Of a stretch of 64,000 nucleotides of DNA, positions 37,915 to 48,729 are shown piece by piece. The DNA is from an uncultured virus (IMG/VR IMGVR_UViG_3300005444_000002) (taxonomy: Duplodnaviria > Heunggongvirae > Uroviricota > Caudoviricetes). The first letter of the stretch is position 1; each line of letters begins with the position of its first letter. The position numbers and the translations under genes were made by a program. The stretch lies in IMG/VR virus record IMGVR_UViG_3300005444_000002; one strand, given 5' to 3'. The notes beneath the pieces were generated by a model. That model had not been told where the DNA came from. It made no database searches and saw nothing but the letters and a program-made list of their open reading frames with translations.

Positions 37915-40107
37915 GACTTTCTTTTCCCTATCTCCACCACTTCCCCTTGGTCTGCTCATGCAATCTCCGATTCTGTTCCTCCTGCCTATCTTGATCCTCC
38001 TGCCACTTCCTCCCTGCCTCTGAGTCTTGGGTAGGGGTTGGCTCCAACCCAATCCTCACAATGATCACCACCAGAGCAATCGCTACTATCCCGGCAAAGA
38101 GCATTTCTTCTCCCTTACCTTAATACACAACGTAGATCTGTCTCATAGTGGGTCCTTTACTTTCCCCGATTAGCCGCCTGCCGGCGGCGACTTCACCACA
38201 CAATCCCGATGAATTTTCCACAGTGAAATCAGGGCCTGCTTGTCACTTTGGATCGCAGCACTCTTCCATCCGCATGAACATATCGCTCGATCAGCGCCAT
38301 CATGGTAGTAGAAACCACCATCACCAAATGTACAGGGCTCAAAGCGGATTAGTTCATGTTTATCACTCACAGTCCCTCTTCTTCCTCATCCTCCAACTCC
38401 AGGAAGTTCCTCTTCAACCCCAGGAAGTGGGCATGTTCCTTCAGGGCCTCCTCTGAGGGCTTGCCCTGCTTGAGGGATCCCTTCCCCCCGGTCATCTTCA
38501 ACATGTGCTTCTCGATCTGTTCAAGCCCCTTCCAGACTCTCTTGGTTAACCGCTTGAGCTTCCTCACCCCTTCCAAGTCGAAGGACAGCTCGGTTGGCTT
38601 CCTCCTCTTCCTCATAGATCCTTCCTCCCCCTCACCTGATCAACCCTCCTCGTCACAGTGACACAGGTCTCCCCTGGGTTGGTTTGAAAATACTGATCCA
38701 CCCCCTCCCACTCCAACCTCGCCTGACACGATAGCAGGGCAGCTGACGGGACACAAGCAGCACTCACCCCCGAGAAGTCCCTCCCAACCTGGATCTCCCT
38801 CCACACCCCCTCATAGGATCCTTGGATCCTGGGATTGGTCAGGCCGTTCACACAGCTGTGCAAGGCAACCCCTATCGCCATATCATGTTGATGTTGGGGG
38901 GACATCCGGATAGGGGGAGCGGTGGGAATGACCTTGTCCTCCACACAACCAACAGTGAGCAGGACCACTAGGAGGATAGGGGAGGGATCCAGTCCCTCCT
39001 TGGGAGGGATGAGGACCCTCAGGGCATACCCATACCCAGGGGTATTGTCGTACGCATTGAGGATGTGTTGGGAGGGGTGACTCACAGCCCCTCCTCCTCA
39101 TGCACTTCCCCACACTCCAGGCAATAGCCGGGCAAGAAAGGTCCAACAAACTCCATCGGGATATTAACCCCCCTCATGGGGGGATTGTAGAACCCTTCGG
39201 AGGAACAGACAGAGAGCATGTCTTGACTCATAGTCATTTCCCTTCTGCCTTTGCCAATGCTGCCTCAAGTTCCCGACAAGAATCCGTCAACTGCCCATGC
39301 AATCTCCACTCCATTGCTGCATGTTTGGCTGCTTCCAGGAGGTCAGGGGCGGCTGAGATGAGACGGGCATTAGCGGTCGCCTCTTCTGCATCCTGAGTAG
39401 ACTCGATCGTCGCGAGGTTGTTCCCGTCTGGCCCCCAAACTTGAGCCATGTAGCAGTGTCCTCGCGTGCCCTTTTGCGGGCTGAACGACCATGGCCCCGG
39501 AGTGTGTGTCACAATCCCTCCCCCTTCCCACAGCAAGGGAACACCCTCCCTGTATACCCCACATCCCCCAGGGTGCAGTCATTCCTCTCCACCCCATTCC
39601 GATCTGTCCCGGAGCCAAACTCCTCCCCTAGGGCCATCGTTAGGGCAGCCTCTCCTGACTCAGCCTCCAGGTTGAGGACCCAAGCTCCCCTTTGGACCTT
39701 CTTCGCCACGTCCTTACACCCTATGGAATGAATCTCTGCCATCTCATAGTCAGCGTTCTCGGGATTCATAACCGCCTTGAACTTCCTCATTATCCCCTCC
39801 AAGAAACCCCCAGTCACAGTGAGGGGGGTTTGAGCAAGGGATACAGCTATGGCTTCGTGATCTCACACCACGTCTTGACCTCATCCAGGATCTCTTGCGG
39901 TATTGCCTCCCTTCCCATTTGTGCCTGCCTATCCCACCACTCATCAAACGCTTTCACAGCCGTCTTTAGATACTCTCGCGCCGCTTGACGTGTCCTGAAG
40001 CGTTTACGAATTCGCAGGAGTGGCGCGTATACTTCCCAACCCTTGGCCTGACGCTTTAGGATGAAAATGTCGTTCGTGGCTCTAGTCATAGTCACTTCCT
40101 TCCCTAT

Positions 40108-40136
40108 AATGTAAGTCACAGTTACTTAGATAGCAA
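40108..40136 (-). promoter_or_regulatory. Sigma70-like early promoter
   Basis: Minus TTGCTA-17nt-TACATT. Confidence 0.5.
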
Positions 40137-42808
40137 GGGTTATTTAGGATGTGCGTTATATACCCTTACTCCCTACCCTTCCTCACAATGGCCCGCTGGA
40201 TCCGGGCAAGGCGCAGACAGATCTTTCGGCATTCCTCTCCTCCTTCGGTGCCATCCTTCGCCAAGGAGCGTGCCTGCCTCTCATTCATCCTCGCAGCAAG
40301 GATCAGATTCCCAGCTGCTATGTTCTTCGCGTCCCTGATAGCCTCTGTCTCGCGTGAAGTGTTCATATGTGTCTAGCCTCCCAACCTACCTCCAACCCCT
40401 TCAGGATCCTCTAGGTTGGAAGTAGGGTGCGGGGTTAGGGCTCTACTCTCCCAACATATCCGCAATGATCAACATCTCATCCACCGGTAAAGCCTTATAG
40501 CGTATGGCGACCTTTGACGGCAACTGGTCGAACAAACGAAGGATCCTGGAAGCTTCTGCCGGGAGGATGTAAACGCCTTCTATGAAATTCTCTTCGGTCT
40601 TCTGTACCCCACTACGCTCTATATGGAGGAGGCGTGTCAACTTATCCTCACTCACAGTCGCCTCCATGTTCTTCCTTGACATACTCCTCCACTGCCGCTA
40701 TGGAATTGTCAAGAACAATCCCACCGATGGGCTCGTCCGTCAGGTTCCAATGCTGGCAGGTAGCGCAATGCTGGCCCGCAACCCCGCCGCATGGTTCCAA
40801 GACGTCAACCGTTAAGGCAATCAATTCGCCCGAGTCCAAGCTATCACATTCTTCCCGATAGAATTTGTCACACTCGGCCAAATCCTCATCCGTAGGATGA
40901 TAACGCCGGTCACACTCCTCCGATCCGCCGCTAGTTCCTTCAATTGTCTCTGCTAATCCATGAAGAATACGGGCTAGTTCCATCCCTCTGCTACCGGGTT
41001 CAAATGCGGCATTATCCGTTTTGACTTTCAATATGAACATAATGTCTAGCCTCCTAACCTAACTCACAGTCACTTGACTGGGCGTTAGGGTATGGGGTTA
41101 GCGCGGCAGTCCTGCAGCATCCTTCCAACCATTTGGATGATGTACCGTGTACGTCGTTCCTGGCTTGTCCGTGAGCACAGCGAGGGTATCCCAAAAACCC
41201 TCCGCACCCTTGCACACTCCGCAGCTGCAGTTACCTGCCGACCGCCACAAGGCTTTAGGTAACTCCACGAATACTATGTTGGTACCCTTGCGTGGCCATG
41301 AACGGGTGCCGTTCAGTTGGCGCTTACCTTCCACCATGGCAGCTAATTCAAGCTTGATCTGTGTCTGATCCTTCTTGGTCATATCGTTTCTATCCTCCTG
41401 ATCTACTGCGTCTATGATTCTCATACATTCAATATAGGCCTCCGTACCCTCGCGCGCCATACTTATTCGCATACCGGGAAAGATACCCCGGAAGTAACCC
41501 GATATCCCTTGCAAGGGCACACAGCGCACGGGCCATCATGCACCATAGGTTCATGGCCACAGGTGCAGAAGGGTATGGCCCGGATAGCCCGCTTAAGCTC
41601 CCCGTCGCGATAGCCCTTACAAGGGCAAAGGGCACACCTACCACCGTCCGCAGGTTCATCGTGGTAGGCCTCCAGGTGCCCACAGAGACACTTCTGTTCG
41701 TTCGTTAGGGCTGTGAGTAGGGTATGGGTTGCGAATGGTTTGGAGGGCATCCTAACGCTGATTAGGGCAAGAGGAGAGAAGCTTAGCCTTCCGCTCATCC
41801 GTATAGCAGGTGAGGCAAAGCGCGGGAGGCCAACACTTGCTATCCCGTGGGATCAAGGGTCCGCAACACTGCCGTTTCTTAGCGATAGGCTCATCACAGA
41901 TATCACAGCAGAGAAGCTTGCGCTGGCCGTCTGTACTAACCTCGAATGAGTAACCCATAGGTAACCCTCCCATTCAACCCTCAACCTTTCGGGGAGGGTT
42001 GGAGCGAGGGTTACCTAGACCGTGGTCCGATGATTCCGTACCAGCTGCCGGTAGATCCATCGCTGATCCTCAGACTCAAACCGTCCTTGCTGTAGGCTCA
42101 ACCCCGGGCGGTATCCTGCAGTATCCAACCGGCAAAGGATCCTATAACCCCGCGACCATTGGCCGGAATGGTGGCGATTGCAGAATGCCCAAAGCGCGCC
42201 GTATAGGTCGAATCGATCCATTAGAATCGCTCCCTTCCATTGCAGGACCGGCAAACGAGGTTACCGCGCAAAGCCTCAAGTCTAGCGCGATAGTCTGACT
42301 TGACGTAAGGCCTTTGGCCGTTACAGCTGACGCAACGTGTCCACCGATAACCCTCGCGACAATCCACCGTGGTCCAACCCTGACCGGGCGCATACCATGC
42401 CTGACAGGCATCACAGGTATTCCCGATCAATCCATCATTGTCGTCTGCAAACCAAACGCCGGTCTCATCCGAGTCCCTGTCATCCTTGAAGCAATCGGGA
42501 CAGTAGACCGCTCCCTCCCATACGTAAGCGATAGCATCGCAGGCGTTCATTACTTCCCCCCTTGACACTTGAGACACTTCGGGACGTGGATTGTAGGGCG
42601 ATGGCAGGTGAGGCAGGACGTGGTGTGTGCCCTTCTCGATACCCTTCCCGCGATAGGTTCCTTCGGCCGCGATATAGGTACTGTAACCGCGGATTACGAT
42701 GCTAACCTTGATTCCTTGTGAGAGTTTCATAGTACTAATATAGGTCTTTCCTCCGGGATAGCTATACCTAAATATCCCGATACCTCAATAACCCTGTTAT
42801 CCTGAGAT

Positions 42809-43348
42809 ATGCCCAACCTAGCAGCATCAACCGCCCCCGCTAAGTCATTCGTCGGCCCTACCGCTCCCCAGCTAGGCCTACGTGCGAAGGAACGCCTATT
42901 CATCGCCGCATACCTCGGACAAGCCAGGATGAATGCCTCTGAAGCCGCCCGAATGGCAGGTTACATGCAACCGCGCACCATGGGAATGCGTCTTTACCGC
43001 CGTTTGCGGGAACATATTGATTCTGAACTACTTACCCTTCGGGATAGGTTAATCATGAATCCAGACGAGGTTATGCAGGGAATAACAGAGGTAGCAAGGG
43101 ACTCCCATTCGCGAGACCGGTTGAATGCCCTAATCACCCTAGCCAAGATCCATGGATTACTCTCCGAACGTGTCACACTGAACCTAGATCCCAAACAATT
43201 GAAGGCGGAATTGCTAGGTGCCCTTCAAGACCTAGCCCTACAGTATCGCCAACCCCCAACCCCCTCGATAGTCTCTCTCCCCCTCCCAGGTGAGTCAATG
43301 GAAGAGTTACCCCCGACGGTCCCTGCTGTGCCTGAACTGCCGTCCTAG
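42809..43348 (+). CDS. terS: Terminase small subunit
   Basis: KERLFIAAY...NASEAARMAGY...L..LAKIHGL. Confidence 0.8.
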   Translation: MPNLAASTAPAKSFVGPTAPQLGLRAKERLFIAAYLGQARMNASEAARMAGYMQPRTMGMRLYRRLREHIDSELLTLRDRLIMNPDEVMQGITEVARDSHSRDRLNALITLAKIHGLLSERVTLNLDPKQLKAELLGALQDLALQYRQPPTPSIVSLPLPGESMEELPPTVPAVPELPS

Positions 43349-43462
43349 CCCTCCCTCCGCTCCCCCAGCCTACAGCTGCAGCCCGGTCAGGGTATACACT
43401 CCCGCATCCTTCCCTGCTAGCCTCCATTGGTCCCTCTAGGTCGCATGAGGGCTAACCCAAGT

Positions 43463-43482
43463 TATGTCAAGGGGTTGACATA
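43463..43482. repeat. Perfect 8-bp inverted repeat made of two outward-facing TTGACA boxes
   Basis: TATGTCAA-gggg-TTGACATA. Confidence 0.7.
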
Positions 43483-44244
43483 TACCCTGCGTAGGGCTGT
43501 AAGGGGAAGGGAAGTGGGAAGGAGAGCGGTATGTCTATGGTACGTATAGCGTTAGTGCAATGTAGGCCAATGCGTTACTGTTCATTGTGGCATGAGGCTT
43601 GACGCCTAGCGCCTCTGTTCGTTGACTCTAGCAGGGCGCAGCCCTGCTAAGTCACTGACCCCTATACCCTATGCCGGGAGACCCCCCCTCCCAATTTTTA
43701 GGTAGGCGCGGCCTTCTACCTCCCATACACATTTTTCCCCCAAGTGTGGTCTAACCAGTTATAGAATGAATAACTTATGAGACCCTACCCCCTTTTTTGG
43801 GTACGGATCCCCCCTCAGGGATTCCGTTATCCCCCCTAAAGGATAGTCTTGACTACAGCTTGTGGATAGGTGTAGTTTCCCCCCTGAAAGGGGGGACAAG
43901 GGATGCTCAGTGAGCAGAGGAGAGCCCAGATCCTCCTCGTCCTGATCCGGGGAAAGGTGATCAGGAGGAGTTGGAGAGGGGGGAAGTTGATCTATTGGCT
44001 GGAAGGGGTCCCTCGGTTGAGGGAGGTGGAGGTCTGGGAACTCCGGAGGCTCTTAGAGCCCCAAAGGGGGAGGGCTCTCTTTAAGTGCTTGAGATTGAAG
44101 GAGAACTGGTGGGGAATTACTAGGAAAGAGTGAGTAAAGGGGTCCTGGTTTCTGCCGTTAAAAATACCCCTCCTATACCCCTCCTACCTAAGGAAGCGGG
44201 GTTTCCTGCTTGATTAAATGTAACACAGGGGAGGTCTCCGGAGG

Positions 44245-44301
44245 ACAGAGAGATTCTATTAGTGGTTTTACGGTGTAAGGGGTCAAATAGAATCTCTCTG
44301 T
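44245..44301. repeat. Perfect 16-bp inverted repeat, 25-nt spacer
   Basis: ACAGAGAGATTCTATT (44245-44260) / AATAGAATCTCTCTGT (44286-44301). Confidence 0.85.
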
Positions 44302-44416
44302 GGGTTTGGATGGGTTCCGCCGAATGGGTGTCAGACACCCTAAAATGGGACATAGGATAAATGTCAGACTTACCTCCCTCTTGTGAAAATAAAGTTGGTT
44401 ATGCTACCCTCCTCAT

Positions 44417-44842
44417 ATGAGATCCATGCTTGACCTATACGGAAGACCCATCCGTAACCCCCGTGGGCCTCACTCCCGCAGCATCCTCCATCGGATCTAC
44501 TCCCAACTCATGACCCCCCAGGGCTCCACATGCCAGATCTGGAGAGGTGGGAGGACAGGGGATAGAACCAAGGCGAGGATGTATATAGCTCCCAGGAAGT
44601 ATCGGTTGGTTGAGAGGGAACTCTGGGCACAGACCTACGGGTATATTGAGAAGCAGGACAAGGTCATCCACACCTGTGGGAATCAGCTCTGTATGAATCT
44701 TGAGCACATGGAGCTGGGGAAGTTTGAGAAGCAGGTAGAGCATAGGCGAATGTTTGGTCAGAGGATGCAGGAGAGACGCAAGAAGCCCAAGGAGGTTGAT
44801 GATGGACTACAGTCGGAAGTCAGCAAACAAACCCCCACCTAA
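44417..44842 (+). CDS. Divergent HNH endonuclease-like protein
   Basis: CQIW.G...R.LW....G.I......HTCGN.LCMN.EHM. Confidence 0.65.
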   Translation: MRSMLDLYGRPIRNPRGPHSRSILHRIYSQLMTPQGSTCQIWRGGRTGDRTKARMYIAPRKYRLVERELWAQTYGYIEKQDKVIHTCGNQLCMNLEHMELGKFEKQVEHRRMFGQRMQERRKKPKEVDDGLQSEVSKQTPT

Positions 44843-45212
44843 ACCCCCACCCCTCCCCAGAGGGTTCTCCACCGACTTAACCCCTCGATTGGCCCCACCC
44901 AGATTCTCCCCCACCTACCGACCCCCCGTTTACCGTATCGCCTAACCCCCTAACAATCCACCAATAATCCCAGGGTGTTACCCTGGGATAGGTGTCTTCT
45001 CGCCCCCTATCCGCCGACATTCGTAAAGATCTCGCACAGATCCAAGAACATGTCGAGAGGGGGCTCAAGTTAGAGAAGCTAACCCCAACCCAAATCATAG
45101 ATGCCGTCGCTGATGCTTTCCTCCTTTCCGGGAAGCCCCAGCTCGCCTCTCAACTCCAAGAGCTGAGAGCGAAGTGGTTGCTATTGAACATCCCCCCAGA
45201 AGGAGCGGTACA

Positions 45213-46259
45213 TTGAAAAGACTCATCCCCCTCCTCCTTCTCCTCTCAGGATGTAGGCTCCTGGATCTCCAGATCCCCAGGAGTCCTTGCCCCCCTTCTG
45301 ACCCCTGCCCGATGGTGACCCCTCCTCCATCCCCCCCAATCCCCTCCCCTTCCCCCACACCTTCACCAATCCCTCTCCCCACTCCAACACCCCTCCCTAC
45401 TCCTTCCCCCTCCCCAGAGGTCTGCCAGAGCCCTCCAGGTAGGGTCTGTAACTCCGGGGAAGGGGATCCTGATTGTGGATGTTGGATCTGTGCTCCCAGA
45501 ACTGGGATGAAGTGGGAGAAGAAGAGGGATTGCGCCTTCCCTCCCCCTGATCCATGCCTCACCTGCTGGTCATGTGAAGGGTTGAGGGAGTATCAGGTCC
45601 GTCAGGGGCACTTAACCCCTGTGGTGCATAACGGGAAGCAACTGTATGTCAATGCGGGGAAGTATATCAATGACAGGTGTGAAAGTGTGGACGAGAATGG
45701 TTCATACCTTGGACCACCCAGTTGGTTTTTGGGTGATCAGTGCTGGCCTCCTCCTGTTTGCTCTTCTCCTCTCCCCTCTCCTCTACCTAACCCCAGCCCA
45801 ATACCTGGACCTAGTCCTTCTCCTCCTCTAATGAGTGAGTGCCCCCCCTTGGTGAAGTGGGTTGTCGGGATCCACAACATCATGAATGGGAACTTCCAGC
45901 CTTCTGAGGAAGTGGTCTCTGGGGGGTATGTGGTCCTGGACTCCACCCCCAGGTTCAGATTACCCAACTACCCCCCTGACCGGGGAGGTCCCTGTAACTC
46001 CGACCACCCCTGTGGGAGGGAGTGTGAGGATCCTAGGGGGGGAGTGTTCACTGTGGTCTCTGGGGATCCAGGGAACTCCAGGACCCAATCCCCGGGCCCT
46101 GACAGTGGTTATCAGCTCCGTCTAGGCCCACTCAATAGGGGAAGCCATGTAATCCGCCTCTGCCCCCTCGGGGATCTCCATGATGGAGAGAATCCCTCTA
46201 GGAGGGTGGGGTTGGTTCCTGGGTTTGTATGCTCGGAAGTAACTGTGGAGGTGCATTGA
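45213..46259 (+). CDS. Pro/Cys-rich lipoprotein
   Basis: TTG start after AAGGAG; MKRLIPLLLLLSG-C lipobox; PS/PT linkers between Cys-rich modules. Confidence 0.7.
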   Translation: MKRLIPLLLLLSGCRLLDLQIPRSPCPPSDPCPMVTPPPSPPIPSPSPTPSPIPLPTPTPLPTPSPSPEVCQSPPGRVCNSGEGDPDCGCWICAPRTGMKWEKKRDCAFPPPDPCLTCWSCEGLREYQVRQGHLTPVVHNGKQLYVNAGKYINDRCESVDENGSYLGPPSWFLGDQCWPPPVCSSPLPSPLPNPSPIPGPSPSPPLMSECPPLVKWVVGIHNIMNGNFQPSEEVVSGGYVVLDSTPRFRLPNYPPDRGGPCNSDHPCGRECEDPRGGVFTVVSGDPGNSRTQSPGPDSGYQLRLGPLNRGSHVIRLCPLGDLHDGENPSRRVGLVPGFVCSEVTVEVH

Positions 46260-46709
46260 ATGATTGTTCTGACTGATAAGCATAAGATCCCCTTCCAGAT
46301 AGATCCTGAGGATTATGAAGCAGTGTCTCGTTATCCATGGTGTATCGGTGGACCTGGCTATCCCTTCTCCAAGACAGGCAAATACCCCAACGACACTGCT
46401 ATTACTCTTCATCAATTCCTCTTAGGTAAGGCTCCTCCGGGATTAGAGTGGGATCACATCAATCGGGACAAGTTAGACAATCGAAGAGCAAATTTGAGAG
46501 CCGTTACTCGTTCCATCAATGGTCGAAACATCGGTCTTCGTAGGCATAACACATCAGGCGTAACCGGAGTCTATTGGTTCAAGCCCATCAAACGTTGGTA
46601 CGCCCGGATTAATGTCGGTAAGGGCCGTAAGTATGTTCATCTGGGGTATCACCCCAGCTATGAAGCAGCGGTGGCAGCACGTAAGGCTGCTGAAGCTTTG
46701 TACTGGTGA
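46260..46709 (+). CDS. HNH endonuclease with AP2 DNA-binding domain
   Basis: DHINRDKLDNRRANLR; NTSGVTGV.W...W.ARI...LG...A..AR..AE. Confidence 0.92.
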   Translation: MIVLTDKHKIPFQIDPEDYEAVSRYPWCIGGPGYPFSKTGKYPNDTAITLHQFLLGKAPPGLEWDHINRDKLDNRRANLRAVTRSINGRNIGLRRHNTSGVTGVYWFKPIKRWYARINVGKGRKYVHLGYHPSYEAAVAARKAAEALYW

Positions 46710-46712
46710 TAG

Positions 46713-48353
46713 ATGGCCCCAATTTACGCTGATATACGAGAGACCATCAGGAAACTGGAACGGGGAGAACTCTCGATTCCACAGATGTTATCTCTCAAAG
46801 ATCAGATATTACCCTTATTAAAGGCAGGAAAGAAGCCACTTCCAGATAATCCAGCCGATTTTGCCATGTTCATGACTGAGGATGAGCATCCCGACCATAA
46901 ATGGGAGGTTGCACCACATTTAAGGCTGATTTCCGACTATCTGACCGAACTAATCGCTGGAAAACGGCAGCGATTGATGATTTTCACCCCACCTAGGCAC
47001 GGAAAGTCGGAACTGGTATCCAAATGGCTTCCAGTTTGGTTTTTGGCGAAGAATCCCACTAAAAAAATCATCCTAGCCTCATACGAGCAGGATTTCAGCA
47101 ATATCTATGGTCGTGCTGTTAGGGATATTATCCAAAACAATCAGGATAAGCTCTCCATTACCCTTGATTCAGGCTCTACTGCAGCCCACCGATGGTCTTT
47201 GACCTCCGGTGGAGGAATGATGTGTGCGGGAGCTGGGGGACCTATCACAGGTAAGGGTGCAGACCTCCTGATTGTGGACGATCCGGTGAAAAATGACGAA
47301 GAGGCGTCCTCGGAAGTCTATAGAGAGAAGCTCTTTTCGTGGTGGCAGAGCACGGCTTTTACTCGTCTATCCCCTACTGGTGTTGTCGTCATTATCATGA
47401 CCAGATGGAATGAGGATGACGTGTCGGGAAGGTTGGAGAATCTATCCACCTCAGGTGAAGGACTTCATTGGGACATTCTCAGACTTCCTGCTTTAGCAGA
47501 GGATGATGATCCCCTAGGGAGGAAGTATGGGGAGGCCCTCTGGCCCACCCGCTTCTCCAGAGAATGGCTCCTAGACAAGAAGAGGGGTATTAGTCCTTAC
47601 CTCTTCTCAGCCCTCTACCAACAACATCCCACCCCAGAAGAGGGAAACGCTGTACGCCGTTCCTGGTGGGGAAGGTATCAAGTAGCTCCTGATGTTGAAT
47701 CGATGGACGTGGTTATACAGAGTTGGGATCTGGCCTTCAAAGATATGTCCAAGAATGACTTCACCGTAGGTCAGGTGTGGGGGAGGAAGGGAGCTTCCCT
47801 CTATCTCCTAGACCAAATCAGAGGCCACCTCAATGCGGAGGAATGTGTCTTGGCTATCAGAGCCACCACTGCCAAATGGCCTAGAGCCTTAGCCAAGCTC
47901 ATTGAGGATAAGGCCAATGGACCGGCTGTCATCCAGATGCTATCCAAGAAGGTGGCAGGAGTAATCCCGATCAACCCCAAAGCCTCCAAGGATGCTCGCC
48001 TAGCCGCTGTGATCCCCTTCATCGCAGCCGGGAATGTCCACCTCCCCGAGGGGGAGATAGCTCCTTGGGTGGGGGATTTCATAGAGGAGTGTGCTGCCTT
48101 CCCCAAGGGGGCTAATGATGACTGTGTTGACGCCATGACCCAAGCACTCAACTACCTCAACCCCCAAGCCTCCCTCCATATCGAGAAAATGCACAGAGAA
48201 GCCCTCAACACTCCCGACAAAGCCACCCCTATCGATCTTCACACAGCCTCCGTCCATAAATCCCTTCGGGAGGCAGTGAAGAAAACCACCAAAAAGATCA
48301 ACACCACCAAAGGGCAGGCATTCCGTCAAAGGGCCCATACGGGTCATTGGTAG
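46713..48353 (+). CDS. terL: Terminase large subunit
   Basis: PPRHGKS Walker A, IVDDP Walker B, MTRW, YQQ.P, SWDLA, IEDKANG, NDDCVDA. Confidence 0.95.
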   Translation: MAPIYADIRETIRKLERGELSIPQMLSLKDQILPLLKAGKKPLPDNPADFAMFMTEDEHPDHKWEVAPHLRLISDYLTELIAGKRQRLMIFTPPRHGKSELVSKWLPVWFLAKNPTKKIILASYEQDFSNIYGRAVRDIIQNNQDKLSITLDSGSTAAHRWSLTSGGGMMCAGAGGPITGKGADLLIVDDPVKNDEEASSEVYREKLFSWWQSTAFTRLSPTGVVVIIMTRWNEDDVSGRLENLSTSGEGLHWDILRLPALAEDDDPLGRKYGEALWPTRFSREWLLDKKRGISPYLFSALYQQHPTPEEGNAVRRSWWGRYQVAPDVESMDVVIQSWDLAFKDMSKNDFTVGQVWGRKGASLYLLDQIRGHLNAEECVLAIRATTAKWPRALAKLIEDKANGPAVIQMLSKKVAGVIPINPKASKDARLAAVIPFIAAGNVHLPEGEIAPWVGDFIEECAAFPKGANDDCVDAMTQALNYLNPQASLHIEKMHREALNTPDKATPIDLHTASVHKSLREAVKKTTKKINTTKGQAFRQRAHTGHW

Positions 48354-48378
48354 ACTTACTTAGGGGGGTTAAGGGTAA

Positions 48379-48729
48379 ATGTTCAATAAGAAGCTAATCC
48401 AATCTCTGGAAAAGGAAATCACTCGGCTCTCTGCCCAAAGTAGTGATCTCCTTGACAGGTTGGAGAGGCAATTTACTGTAGCTGCCCAGGAAAGGGAGAA
48501 GCTTTTACAGAAGATCATTGCCCTAGGATCCCCCGCTTCCTTCTCCCTCATGAACCCCAAAGTCTCCTCGGAATCGAAACTCTCCCCTTTCCCCTCCGGA
48601 CAATCAAGGATGGCCCCAGGCCTCCCCTCGCAGGTTCGCCTCTCTCCACCCCTCCCCTTCTCCTCCTCAGCTGCGAACCTGAGGAAGGAGATCCTTCCCA
48701 TACCTCCTCTCCCTACCGAGGGGTTTTAA
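48379..48729 (+). CDS. Hypothetical coiled-coil protein
   Basis: ORF filling the gap between terL and portal. Confidence 0.55.
   Translation: MFNKKLIQSLEKEITRLSAQSSDLLDRLERQFTVAAQEREKLLQKIIALGSPASFSLMNPKVSSESKLSPFPSGQSRMAPGLPSQVRLSPPLPFSSSAANLRKEILPIPPLPTEGF

Larger units (their letters stand above)
37588..42730 (-). other. Leftward cluster of about 15 small hypothetical early genes
   Basis: Same-strand short ORFs with strong RBSs and coupled starts (e.g. 38367-38615, 38612-39085, 39234-39512, 39509-39790, 40166-40366, 40443-40682, 40648-41040, 42015-42254, 42221-42730). Confidence 0.7.
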
